A DNA stretch of 64,000 nt, taken from the NCBI GenBank assembly GCA_963806185.1, contig CAWDXE010000007.1:768001-832000 (forward strand), given 5' to 3'. This DNA comes from an uncultured candidate division Zixibacteria bacterium. GTDB taxonomy: Bacteria > Zixibacteria > MSB-5A5 > GN15 > FEB-12. The stretch's first letter is position 1. Each line of letters begins with the position of its first letter. Made by a program: the position numbers and the translations under genes. Below are positions 20,189-29,630 of this stretch, piece after piece. The notes under the pieces were generated by a model. It was not told where the DNA came from and did no database searches. It saw only the letters and a program-made list of their open reading frames with translations.

Positions 20189-21577
20189 ATGAACGGACAC
20201 CTGCTTGTTGTTGATGATGAACCGGAAATGGTCAAGCTGCTTCAATTGGAACTCAAGCACCGCGGCCACACTTCGGCAGTCGCCCTCTCAGTGGCCGAAG
20301 CTCGCGAGCAATTGGCCAAAGCTGATTTCGATCTGGTCCTCACCGACATTCAGATGCCGGGCTTGACCGGCCTTGAACTCTGTCGTGAGCTGCAATGTAC
20401 TCGCCCGGATATTCCCGTCGTGGTACTGACCGGCTTCGGTAGCGTCGAAACTGCCACCTCGGCCATCCGCGCCGGTGCGTACGACTTCGTGACCAAACCG
20501 GTTGACATGGAACTCCTCGCTATCGCCGTCGAACGGGCCATCACCCATCGGCAGATGCAGGAGACGATCCGCCGTCTGCAATCGGTCGGAAGCGAACTTG
20601 GTACCTTCGGCGCCCTTCAGGGAGCCGCACCGGCGATGAAACGTCTCTTCGACACCTTGAGCCGCGTTGCCGTCTCCGACGCTACTGTCCTGATCGCAGG
20701 GGAGAGCGGCTGCGGCAAAGAACTGGCAGCGCGCGCCCTTCACGATCACAGCCGGCGCTCGGCCGCACCCTTTGTCGCCATCAACTGTGCCGCTATGCCC
20801 GAAGCCCTTCTGGAATCCGAACTCTTCGGACACGTGCAAGGCGCGTTCACCGACGCCCGCTCGGCCCGGCGCGGGCTTTTCGCGGCGGCCGATGGTGGCA
20901 CGTTGTTTCTCGACGAAATCGGTGATATGCCGCCGACGCTGCAACCTAAACTGCTTCGAGCACTCGAGAATCGCACCATCCGCCCGGTAGGTGCCGAGTC
21001 CGAGGTTCACATCGACGTTCGCGTGGTGGCCGCCACCAACCGGGACATTGATTCAATGATTGAAGAGGGCAAGTTTCGGGAAGATCTCTACTTTCGTATC
21101 AACGTTGTCCGCGTCGATATCCCGCCGCTGAGAGCCCGTCTCGAAGATCTCGTGCCGCTGGTTACTCATTTCATCGCCCGTTTTGCCGCCCAACACCAGA
21201 AAGACGTCACTGGTATTGCGGATGCCGCCATGTCCAGATTCTATACCTATGAATGGCCGGGCAATGTCCGCGAACTCAAAAACGTGATTGAGCAGGCCGT
21301 TCTTCTGACAGCCCACGACAAAATTCTCGCCACTGATCTCCCCGAACGCATTCAGGAGGCAGTTGCATCACCGATTCTGCCGGAAAACCAGCGCGGGACC
21401 GAACTGCTCCCCATGCACGAGGTCGAACGCCGCCACATCCTCCAGGTGCTGAGCTCCGTCAATGGCAACCGGGGCCAGGCGGCCCGGATTCTTGCCCTCG
21501 ATCGAAAAACCCTCTGGCGAAAACTTCGCCAGTACGGTGTCGTCGATTCTACCAGCGACTCCACGACGGCACTCTAG
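20189..21577 (+). CDS. Sigma54-dependent response regulator (NtrC/AtoC family)
   Basis: REC domain, AAA+ domain (GESGCGKE, GAFTDA, LFLDEIG, WPGNVREL) and Fis HTH. Start at ATG 20189. Confidence 0.95.
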   Translation: MNGHLLVVDDEPEMVKLLQLELKHRGHTSAVALSVAEAREQLAKADFDLVLTDIQMPGLTGLELCRELQCTRPDIPVVVLTGFGSVETATSAIRAGAYDFVTKPVDMELLAIAVERAITHRQMQETIRRLQSVGSELGTFGALQGAAPAMKRLFDTLSRVAVSDATVLIAGESGCGKELAARALHDHSRRSAAPFVAINCAAMPEALLESELFGHVQGAFTDARSARRGLFAAADGGTLFLDEIGDMPPTLQPKLLRALENRTIRPVGAESEVHIDVRVVAATNRDIDSMIEEGKFREDLYFRINVVRVDIPPLRARLEDLVPLVTHFIARFAAQHQKDVTGIADAAMSRFYTYEWPGNVRELKNVIEQAVLLTAHDKILATDLPERIQEAVASPILPENQRGTELLPMHEVERRHILQVLSSVNGNRGQAARILALDRKTLWRKLRQYGVVDSTSDSTTAL

Positions 21578-21588
21578 CTCACCGCTGT

Positions 21589-21622
21589 TGGGGCAATTTG
21601 TCCCACCGGGTGATTCGCCCCA
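21589..21622. promoter_or_regulatory. Putative tandem enhancer (UAS) sites for the sigma54 activator
   Basis: Near-palindromes TGGGGCAATTTGTCCCA (21589-21605) and CGGGTGATTCGCCCCA (21607-21622), about 140-170 bp upstream of a -24/-12 promoter. Confidence 0.5.
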
Positions 21623-21758
21623 AAGAGCTACTTGGCCATATCGGGCTGCGAGTTACACCGCGTGACCATCTATCCATAGATCTTACCTCCGCGAGTCCGG
21701 GGTAAAACTCCACATGCGATGGTCCTCGTAACGTATTGCGCTGCAACACGAATGTGAT

Positions 21759-21774
21759 TGGCACGCCCTCTGCT
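21759..21774 (+). promoter_or_regulatory. Sigma54 (-24/-12) promoter
   Basis: TGGCACGCCCTCTGCT matches TGGCACG-N4-TTGCW with exact GG-N10-GC spacing. Confidence 0.75.
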
Positions 21775-21853
21775 ATATCTCGTCTTGAATTTGATGACGA
21801 AAGAAATCGGCGATGGTCGCACGCGACCACGCACACTAGAAAGGAGTGGTCAC

Positions 21854-22684
21854 ATGAAACAACACCCGATCACCCAAACGGAGACCCGGCGCTCATCGCA
21901 GCCGAAACTCGATCCCGTCACCCGTCGCCCTCGTGTGCTCCTCGCCGAAGATGATTTGGAGATGCGGAATCTCCTGCAGTGGGAGTTTAGCAAGAACGGT
22001 TTCGATGTCATCGAATGCCGGGACGGCTATCAACTCCTCGCCCAGCTTGGCACGCCGCCGCTCGCGGCCAAACCGGAATCCGTCGACCTTATCGTTTCCG
22101 ACATCCGTATGCCCGGCGTCACCGGCTTGGAGATTCTCCAGGCCTTGCAGGAAACCGAGTGGAATCTCCCCATGGTCCTGATCACCGCTTTTGGTGACGA
22201 TCACACTCATCGACTCGCCGATCAATATGGAGCCGCCGCTATGTTTGATAAACCGTTTGAAATCAGCCTGCTCATCAGTCGCGTGCGAGAAGTGCTCGGA
22301 CTCGATAATCCCAACGGAAGCAATTGGGCCACCCCTTCGCGCTCTGATTCACACGCCAACCAGCCCGTCGATGTCGTTTTCAGTCGTCTTCCGCGAATGC
22401 CCGAAATCGAGGCGATTGTCAATGGGGCCTACGCACAGTTGCACCCCTATACCAAGAATATCGTGTATTGCCGAGCCATCGTCGAAGGCTCCCGCCTGCT
22501 GCAAAACGCCGGCGACAAGTACCACATCCAGTTGATGGTCACCTTGCCTGATGAGGTGCTCGTCATTCGTTCCCACATGCGTTTCCTGGGCGACACCGGA
22601 TCGCTGCACGCAGCGATCCGGGACGCTTTCGGCGCCATGCGGGGAAAACTCCGACGGTACTTCGACGGCCGGGACGTCAACTAG
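21854..22684 (+). CDS. Response-regulator receiver domain fused to C-terminal HPF/RaiA-like domain
   Basis: AAGGAG SD before ATG 21854. REC domain (LLAEDD, SDIRMPG, ITAFG, DKPF). The C-terminus PVDVVF...YCRAIVE...YHIQLMVTLPD...LHAAIRDAFGAMRGKL resembles the S30AE/HPF fold. Confidence 0.75.
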   Translation: MKQHPITQTETRRSSQPKLDPVTRRPRVLLAEDDLEMRNLLQWEFSKNGFDVIECRDGYQLLAQLGTPPLAAKPESVDLIVSDIRMPGVTGLEILQALQETEWNLPMVLITAFGDDHTHRLADQYGAAAMFDKPFEISLLISRVREVLGLDNPNGSNWATPSRSDSHANQPVDVVFSRLPRMPEIEAIVNGAYAQLHPYTKNIVYCRAIVEGSRLLQNAGDKYHIQLMVTLPDEVLVIRSHMRFLGDTGSLHAAIRDAFGAMRGKLRRYFDGRDVN

Positions 22685-22745
22685 AAGTCAGACCATTCTA
22701 TATCTGTGCCAACAAACTGGTATACCCAATGAAAAGGAGGACCAC

Positions 22746-23249
22746 ATGACCAGAACACACCTCACCCGGTTAGGAACCCGGCTCGCTGTAGCTGCCCTGC
22801 TCCTCACCATAGCCGTCAATCCCGCCTCGGCTGCGCCCAAGGCCAAGGGACACGAACTGTCAAAACCCAAACCAGCCGCCGATATGAAGATGGTCTCGAA
22901 GGAGGCGGAGAAAGGGATGCTTGATGGTTGGAAATTCACCGGCGACGTGACCACAAACGGCTCGACGCCGATGCAGGACCAACTCTCTTTTGACAAGGGC
23001 AAACTGATGAGTTCGCTCAGCGCCAAAGACGGTTTCTCGGCGATTCCGTATACCGCGGCTGTGAAAGACGGTGTCACCAGCTTCTCAGCCACGTCAACCA
23101 ATGTCAAAGGTGACAAGGTGATGTGGACCGGCACAATCAAAGACGGCCAGCTCGACGCCGCTCTGACCTTGACTCCGAAGGGGCAGGCGGCTGTCACCAA
23201 GACTGAGAAAGCGCACCGTGATACCCCGGTTGCATCACCTCACAACTAA
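22746..23249 (+). CDS. Secreted hypothetical protein (Lys/Thr-rich, beta-rich)
   Basis: AAGGAGG SD before ATG 22746; signal peptide ending ASA-A. Confidence 0.75.
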   Translation: MTRTHLTRLGTRLAVAALLLTIAVNPASAAPKAKGHELSKPKPAADMKMVSKEAEKGMLDGWKFTGDVTTNGSTPMQDQLSFDKGKLMSSLSAKDGFSAIPYTAAVKDGVTSFSATSTNVKGDKVMWTGTIKDGQLDAALTLTPKGQAAVTKTEKAHRDTPVASPHN

Positions 23250-23282
23250 CAAGTCGTAGAACCGACAACTCCCACCGTAGCA

Positions 23283-23325
23283 AGCCAATTCGCCGGAGAA
23301 GAACTCTCTTCTTCGGCGATTGGCT
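23283..23325. terminator. Hairpin between convergent genes (likely bidirectional terminator)
   Basis: agccaattcgccggagaaga-actc-tcttcttcggcgattggct inverted repeat. Confidence 0.6.
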
Positions 23326-23345
23326 ATTCAATCTGGTGGGGGAGA

Positions 23346-23876
23346 CTACTTTCGAGTCAGGCCGAGAATCAACCCGAGCACCAGCGACCAGACTGCAGCC
23401 AGCCCGATCTGATACTCAAGCGGCAAACTAAATGTAATGGTATGAGCCGGTATCCAGAACCAGAGCAATGTCCACCAGGCGGTAGTGAGTCCTTTGAAAC
23501 TCGACTTCCAGGCGATCAGATTGTCTTCCAGCCTGTGGAAAAACATCATCTGGGGGCCGAAAAATACATTTGTCAAAACCGAGACGGCAAACGCCCACCC
23601 CACGCCCGACGAAACCATCTGCGGCAACAACCCGTGATCGGCAAGTTCGCGCGTAAACCCTCGCATCCCGGTAAAACCGTACTTGATGACTATCCCCAGG
23701 AGCGCCCAGGCTGCAACCTTCGCCAACGTTTGCCATGCATTTCCCGGCAAAGCCGCCCGCTTCTGCCGCAGGCTTGCCGAAATCGCCTCTCCAAGTGTTC
23801 CCAATATCCCGAACTGTATTGCCGCTGACAACAGCGCATTCTCTCTGACCCACTGTGCGTACGCTTCAAACATCAA
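23346..23876 (-). CDS. Mpv17/PMP22-like membrane protein
   Basis: Four TM segments; FWIPAHTITF.LP...QI.LAA motif. Confidence 0.65.
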   Translation of the reverse strand: MMFEAYAQWVRENALLSAAIQFGILGTLGEAISASLRQKRAALPGNAWQTLAKVAAWALLGIVIKYGFTGMRGFTRELADHGLLPQMVSSGVGWAFAVSVLTNVFFGPQMMFFHRLEDNLIAWKSSFKGLTTAWWTLLWFWIPAHTITFSLPLEYQIGLAAVWSLVLGLILGLTRK

Positions 23877-23903
23877 TCATCTCCCGGATAACTGCCACCA
23901 CGT

Positions 23904-24497
23904 CTAGTGGCCGGTGGACAGGTAAGTTGAAAGACCGTCCAAAAAGAGTTGCACCGCCAGCGCCACCAGGATCATTCCCATCAGCCGCTCCACCGCCACC
24001 AGACCCCGTTTGGTGAGCAAATCGACGATATATGTCGACGAATACAGCACGATAAACGTTCCCACCCACGCCAGCCCCGCCGCCAGCAGCAATTGCGTCG
24101 ACGAGATAGTGCCGGTGGACGAAAACAACAGCAGCGCGGCCAACAGCGATGGCCCGGAAACCAGTGGCACCGCCAGCGGCACCAACAGCGGTTCGCCATC
24201 CAGTTCCGCATACGCATCTGATTCGTGACGGGGGAAGACCATGCGAATGGCGATCAAGAACAGGATGATGCCGCCAGCCACGCTTACCGACGACCGCTCC
24301 AGGCCCAGAAACGACATCACCAGCTTTCCGGACAGAGTGAACAGCGCAATCACGGCCAGAGCCAGGAGCAACTCGCGCACCAGCACGCGGCGCCGACGCT
24401 CCTCCGGCACTTTCTCGAGCACCGGGAGAAATATCGGGATATTCCCGAACGGATCCATGATGAGGAAAAGCGTGACCGCTATCGAAAGCAATTCCAT
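23904..24497 (-). CDS. MarC-family membrane protein
   Basis: LFLIMDPFGNIPIF, AGGIILFLIAIRM, VPLAVPLVSGP, ERLMGMIL. Confidence 0.92.
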   Translation of the reverse strand: MELLSIAVTLFLIMDPFGNIPIFLPVLEKVPEERRRRVLVRELLLALAVIALFTLSGKLVMSFLGLERSSVSVAGGIILFLIAIRMVFPRHESDAYAELDGEPLLVPLAVPLVSGPSLLAALLLFSSTGTISSTQLLLAAGLAWVGTFIVLYSSTYIVDLLTKRGLVAVERLMGMILVALAVQLFLDGLSTYLSTGH

Positions 24498-24625
24498 CTG
24501 ATTCCTTCTGCCGAACCGACGGTTGGCGTTCGCGGGCTCTCTGCTTGGCCAACTTGCCTAAGCTAGGTGTTGAGGAGTTAGCGGGCAATTACTGTTTATG
24601 GGTGATTCGTGTGCCGGCTGATTTA

Positions 24626-24664
24626 GGAAAAGAAGAGGCCGGCCCAATGCATGGGTCGGCCTCT
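24626..24664 (-). terminator. Rho-independent terminator of the cytochrome gene
   Basis: agaggccggccca/tgggtcggcctct stem followed on the minus strand by tctttt. Confidence 0.7.
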
Positions 24665-24678
24665 GCAGCTCAGCATGC

Positions 24679-24906
24679 CTACTGACAGGCGGGAAGTGGG
24701 GCGAAGGTGATGAACAGATTGTTGATCAACGCCGTGAGATCACCCACATCGACGCTGTTCGTCGGGTCACCATCGCAATTCGCTTCAGCCTGACAGCACA
24801 GTGGGTCAAAGGTAATGAAGAGATTGTTGATGAGCGCCGTCAGGTCGCCGATATCGACTCCGTCGCCCGCGCTGCAATCAACATTCCCAACTGCGCCAAT
24901 ACAACA
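24679..24906 (-). repeat. Cys-bracketed duplicated dockerin-like module (copy 4)
   Basis: CCIGAVGNVDC..VDIGDLTALINNLF..CC.AEANCDG..VDVGDLTALINNLF..CQ. Confidence 0.8.
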
Positions 24907-26037
24907 GCCGCCGGCATGCAACCCGTGCGGTCCCGCCCCGGTCGGTACCACGCCGTGGCAAACCGCGCACGTATTGAGCGTCCCGGCATGCCCCTGCAAG
25001 GCGATATTCTGCACGTTGTCGCGCGCATTTCCGCTCGGCACAATCGCGTGCGGCTCACCGTGACAAGCACTGCAGAATAATCCGCCATGCCCGCGCGATT
25101 CCCGAAATAGCTTCCCCGGCTCCTCCGCATATGTCGCACCGTGGCAGGACGACGCCCCGCACGACGGTTCCTGCAACCAGGGATTCCGGCCGCTGCTGAT
25201 ACTTTCACCTACCTGAGTCACCGACCCGTGGCACATCTGGCAGGTAAACCCATGTTGGGTTTTCATGACATCGCGCAGACACTGCGTATTCGGTCCGGGG
25301 TGGCACTTGTAACAATCGTTGGTCCGCTCACCGTGCGCCTTGTGAATGGCTTCGGACAAGGAGGGTACGCCCGGCTTGCCCGGCGTCCCCAGTGCATTCG
25401 ATGAATGGCAGATCGCGCAGAGTATCGGCGTCTGCGTCGGATCAAACCCGGCTTCTCCGGCGTGTAGGTCCAGAATTCCCTGGGCGCTTGCGTGGCAGCC
25501 GGAACTGACGCAATTGATTTCATTTGACACCGGTACCACGGGCGGTGCTGTCCCCAACAAATTGCTCGACAAATCGTACGCCTTCAACAAGCCCAGTTGA
25601 AATGGATCCTCGTGCGTCAAGTCGGCGTCGGTGTACGGAGTGACGGGGACGCCACTGATGAAGAAGTGATCGCCCGCCGTCGGTACCATCTCGCCTGATA
25701 ACCCGTGCCCGGTCAGGCCGACATTCGGAGGCAGGTCAACGCCGAATATGGCGTAGTCGTAATCCCAGAAATTGGTTTTCCCGACCGAGTATGTGTTACC
25801 CGGTATTTCATACGTCACATGAACTCCGGTCGTCAGGATAACCGGCAGGTGGGTGGAATCGCCTACCTGTATCACCTGGGCTCGAACATTGTTGTACGGT
25901 GGCAATACGACAAAGGTGGAAAAGTCAAGATTGCTGCAATGCATGCCGAGGTCGTTCCACCCAATGACCACATAGTCGGCGGCAAACAACGGGGAGCATG
26001 CCACCACGAAGATGATTGCCAGGAAAACCCTCTTCAT
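24679..26037 (-). CDS. Secreted multiheme c-type cytochrome with C-terminal dockerin-like tag
   Basis: Signal peptide MKRVFLAII; WNDLGMHC N-domain; five CXXCH (CAICH, CYKCH, CQMCH, CSACH, CAVCH) and two CX4CH (CVSSGCH, CGASSCH); duplicated VD.GDLTALINNLF. Confidence 0.88.
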   Translation of the reverse strand: MKRVFLAIIFVVACSPLFAADYVVIGWNDLGMHCSNLDFSTFVVLPPYNNVRAQVIQVGDSTHLPVILTTGVHVTYEIPGNTYSVGKTNFWDYDYAIFGVDLPPNVGLTGHGLSGEMVPTAGDHFFISGVPVTPYTDADLTHEDPFQLGLLKAYDLSSNLLGTAPPVVPVSNEINCVSSGCHASAQGILDLHAGEAGFDPTQTPILCAICHSSNALGTPGKPGVPSLSEAIHKAHGERTNDCYKCHPGPNTQCLRDVMKTQHGFTCQMCHGSVTQVGESISSGRNPWLQEPSCGASSCHGATYAEEPGKLFRESRGHGGLFCSACHGEPHAIVPSGNARDNVQNIALQGHAGTLNTCAVCHGVVPTGAGPHGLHAGGCCIGAVGNVDCSAGDGVDIGDLTALINNLFITFDPLCCQAEANCDGDPTNSVDVGDLTALINNLFITFAPLPACQ

Positions 26038-26374
26038 AATATCCTTCTTTCTGCCACGATCGTGCACGGCAGTGCGATGTAGAGCGTGTGACGTTTCACC
26101 GAGACTGATAGTGGTAAAATAGGTCGACAGGGACGAGTTGGCAATGGATTTCCATGACCCTCTTGCTTCCGCCCAGCAAGTTGCGGCGCTCGGCCGACTC
26201 TCCGGCTATTGCCGACACTTGAACTGCCGAGAACCGCGAGGCAAGTCTGCCGGTCGCACCTTCCATCAATTCTCGCCTTGCTGGGATGAGGTATAATGCA
26301 TATATTAGGTCCACGTAGTGTTATATCACGAAACACCCATCTCGGGTCATTAGCGCCCTCGGGATCTTGCGGCC

Positions 26375-27088
26375 ATGTCAACAGAACACGAACTTCGGAA
26401 TTACTGGAATCAGTGGAACGCCAAATACCAGGAAGTCGAACGCCTCGATGCACCATCAATGCGCCGTGGCGCCGAAGTTCTGCGCATCGTCAAAGGTCTC
26501 GGCCTCACCCATCCCGATATCCTCGAGGTTGGCTGCGGGAGTGGCTGGCTGTCAAGGCAGCTTTACGCGCTCGGCCCCGTGACTGCGATCGACATCGCCG
26601 ACGAAGTAATCGGTCGGGCGCAGGCGAGGATACCCGAAGTTGAATTCCTGAGCGGGGACATCACCACGGTCGATCTCGGTCCGCGTGTCTTTGACATTGT
26701 GGTCACTCTGGAAACCATCGGAAATGTCAGAGACCACGCCGGCTTCATTCAGGCCATCGGGCGACTGCTTAAATCCGGGGGATACCTGGTGCTGACGGCA
26801 CAGAACAAGTGGGTCTTCGATCGGCGAAGCGACGTACCTCCCCCGGATCCCGGAGCGATTCGCAATTGGGTGGACATCCCTACCGTGTCCCGCCTTCTCA
26901 AACAGGATTTCTCACTACTCAAGGTGATCACCGTCTTTCCCGCCGGTCATGGCGGGATTCTTAGAATCGTCAACTCCTACAAACTCGACAGCGTAGCCGC
27001 GCGTCTCGGCCTGGATAAGCCGATCACCAGCATCAAAGAACGCCTCGGCCTCGGACAATCAATAGTCCTCCTCGCAAAACGTCGGTAG
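26375..27088 (+). CDS. Class I SAM-dependent methyltransferase
   Basis: ILEVGCGSG motif I, FDIVV, LLKSGGYL. Confidence 0.9.
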   Translation: MSTEHELRNYWNQWNAKYQEVERLDAPSMRRGAEVLRIVKGLGLTHPDILEVGCGSGWLSRQLYALGPVTAIDIADEVIGRAQARIPEVEFLSGDITTVDLGPRVFDIVVTLETIGNVRDHAGFIQAIGRLLKSGGYLVLTAQNKWVFDRRSDVPPPDPGAIRNWVDIPTVSRLLKQDFSLLKVITVFPAGHGGILRIVNSYKLDSVAARLGLDKPITSIKERLGLGQSIVLLAKRR

Positions 27089-27212
27089 CGCGTCTCTCCC
27101 GGCCCTGAGTCACTCCGTTATCTGTCGAATTCACAACACCTTGTCGAGATTCAGTCAGGTCATTTTTGCGATGATTTTGTTGTGGAATTGCTTCCTAAAG
27201 CCGATGTTATAG

Positions 27213-28619
27213 ATGAAACACCGGGATTTTGACCATGAAGCAAGGATTGCTTACCCACCTATGAACGGGCTGACTAACAAATCATTCGCGCTTCTAAGTC
27301 CAAGCGGTTGGGGAAATCTGGGCGATGCGGCTATTGTCGATGCGGTAATCGAACAGATTAGATTGCGCTGCCCCGACGCTTCAATTATCGGCCTGACTCT
27401 GAACCCCGACGACACGCTCCGACGCCACAATATCCCCGCCATGACCCTTCGTGGTTTCTCGAGTATCGGGTACGGCAATCGAGAACCAGAACCGTCCGCC
27501 GTCTCGGCTTCCATATCCCAAGCTCTGGACAGACAGGCCGGCTCTGTCCCCAGCTCGACGCGGCTAAACCATCAACGGCGTGGCATGAAATTGCTCCTCG
27601 ATCTCATCACACGCCCCCTTCGCCGACCGCTCTACCCCTTGAAAAAAGAGTTCAAGCATCTGGTCCGCTCCTACCGCCGTCTGAAAAGTATCGACCTTTT
27701 GATCGTCTGCGGCGGGGGACAGCTCGACGACTACTGGGGCGGCGCCTGGGGACACCCCTACGTCCTGTTCCGTTGGGCATTGTTAGCTAAAATGACCAGG
27801 ACGCGCATGGTCATTCTCGGCGTAGGCACCGGGACAATCCAGACCGCTCTGAGCCGATTTTTCATCCGCTGCTCCCTGAGGATGGCCGAATTCCGCTCTT
27901 TTCGTGACGCCGGGTCCCGTGACCTGGTCGAAGCCCCGCGATTGGTAGGCCGCGACATGATCGGCCCCGATCTTGCTTTTGCCCTCAATGTGGATCGCTA
28001 CCTTGCGTCCAAACAGGCATCAAGCTCACTTCATGTTGCCGTGAGCCCGATGTCATATCTCGATCCACGAATCTGGCCGGAAAAAGATGCCGTCGCATAC
28101 GATCGCTACGTAAACCTGCTGGCTGATTTTCTACACTACTTGGTCGAAAACAAGTACCGCGTCTCGCTCTTTGCCACTGACACCGCCGATGAACGCACGA
28201 TTGTTGATGTTCAGAAGGCGCTTTCAGAGAAACACCCGGCGACGGCCGGCGCTGTCACCTCCCCGGAAATCGGCACCGTGTCAGGCCTGATGACTCTTCT
28301 GGGCGGAGTCGATCTAGTTGTTGCCAGTCGCCTGCACGGTGTGCTATTATCCTGCCTGATGGAAACCCCGACCCTGGCCCTATCCTACGATCGCAAAGTC
28401 TCTGCACTCATGCGGGATCTGAACCTCGCCACCTTTTGTGGTGACCTCTCTACCGCCAATCTGTCGGGCGTCATTGCCCTCTTTCAGACGACCGCGGCCA
28501 ATCGCGATCGAATCCGCACTTCGCTGCGTGACGCCGTACCGGCGTGTCGTCGCCAACTCGAGGATCAGTTTGATCGCGTCCTTTGCGCCGTCCGGGTTTC
28601 ACAGAAAGTGGAGGCGTAG
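27213..28619 (+). CDS. Polysaccharide pyruvyl transferase family protein
   Basis: GNLGDAAI, CGGGQL, SFRD..S, PDLAF, SRLHG, LSYDRKV. Start may be ATG 27261. Confidence 0.88.
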   Translation: MKHRDFDHEARIAYPPMNGLTNKSFALLSPSGWGNLGDAAIVDAVIEQIRLRCPDASIIGLTLNPDDTLRRHNIPAMTLRGFSSIGYGNREPEPSAVSASISQALDRQAGSVPSSTRLNHQRRGMKLLLDLITRPLRRPLYPLKKEFKHLVRSYRRLKSIDLLIVCGGGQLDDYWGGAWGHPYVLFRWALLAKMTRTRMVILGVGTGTIQTALSRFFIRCSLRMAEFRSFRDAGSRDLVEAPRLVGRDMIGPDLAFALNVDRYLASKQASSSLHVAVSPMSYLDPRIWPEKDAVAYDRYVNLLADFLHYLVENKYRVSLFATDTADERTIVDVQKALSEKHPATAGAVTSPEIGTVSGLMTLLGGVDLVVASRLHGVLLSCLMETPTLALSYDRKVSALMRDLNLATFCGDLSTANLSGVIALFQTTAANRDRIRTSLRDAVPACRRQLEDQFDRVLCAVRVSQKVEA

Positions 28620-28622
28620 GGT

Positions 28623-29630
28623 ATGACCGGCCATCCACGCCCACTCGTCAGTTTCGTCACGCCGTTCTACAACACGGCCCAATACCTGGCCGAGTGCATA
28701 GAGAGTGTCTTGGGGCAGACGTATCAGAACTGGGAATACCATCTCGTCAACAATTGCAGTACCGACGGCTCCCAGGAAATTGCTCAGAAATATGCGGCGC
28801 TGGACCCACGTATCAAGCTAACAACCAATGCCGAATTCCTGGACCAGGTGCCGAATTACAACCACGCTCTCCGTCAGGTTTCATCCGCCGCGACCTTTGT
28901 TAAAATGGTTCAGGCCGATGATTGGCTGTTCCCCGACTGCACTGAACGCATGGTCGAACTCGCCCGCACTGACCCGGATATTGCCATCGTCTCCGCCTAC
29001 TCGCTCCGGCACCGATTCATTGGCTGTGTCGGGCTGCCGTATCCCAGCCATGTTACGCCGGGGGAGACGGCCCTCCGCCTGCATCTCATGGAAGGAAAGA
29101 CCGTCGTCGGCACTCCCACCAACGTCCTCTACCGTGCCGATCTGGTTCGGGCGCGGACGACCTTTTTCGACGAAAAGAGCATGCTCGAGGATTTGGAGAT
29201 TTGTTACGAACTGCTCATAGGGCGCAAGCTTGGCTTCGTTCATCAGGTATTGACCTATCTGCGCGAAGACAATCCCTCCATCTCGGTCGGACTACTGGCG
29301 TACAACCCCTGGCCCCTGCATAGACTCATTCTGCTCCGCAAATACGGTCCTCGTCTCCTTGACGAACAGGAATACGCCGGCTGCCTGGAGCGGGTCGAAT
29401 CCGATTATCTCAAATTTCTTGGCTATGCCAAATTGGTCGGCCGTCCGAAACAGTTCTGGGACTACCAACGGGAGGGTTTTGCGGAAATGGGACAAACACT
29501 CCCCACCGGCCGACTCTGGCGCGAGGCCTTCGGCGCCGCACTGGATGTTGTTGCAAATCCCAAGCTGACCTGGGATCGATACCAAAACCGCCGCACGCGC
29601 GCTGCCCGGCAGGCGGGAAGGGCACTATGA
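28623..29630 (+). CDS. Glycosyltransferase family 2
   Basis: VSFVTPFYN..YLAECIESVL.QTY..., NNCSTDGS, ADD. Confidence 0.9.
   Translation: MTGHPRPLVSFVTPFYNTAQYLAECIESVLGQTYQNWEYHLVNNCSTDGSQEIAQKYAALDPRIKLTTNAEFLDQVPNYNHALRQVSSAATFVKMVQADDWLFPDCTERMVELARTDPDIAIVSAYSLRHRFIGCVGLPYPSHVTPGETALRLHLMEGKTVVGTPTNVLYRADLVRARTTFFDEKSMLEDLEICYELLIGRKLGFVHQVLTYLREDNPSISVGLLAYNPWPLHRLILLRKYGPRLLDEQEYAGCLERVESDYLKFLGYAKLVGRPKQFWDYQREGFAEMGQTLPTGRLWREAFGAALDVVANPKLTWDRYQNRRTRAARQAGRAL

Noticed and set aside
22718..22733. Second sigma54-like site TGGTATACCCAATGAA before the 22746 gene
   Set aside because: The -12 position reads GA rather than the near-invariant GC.
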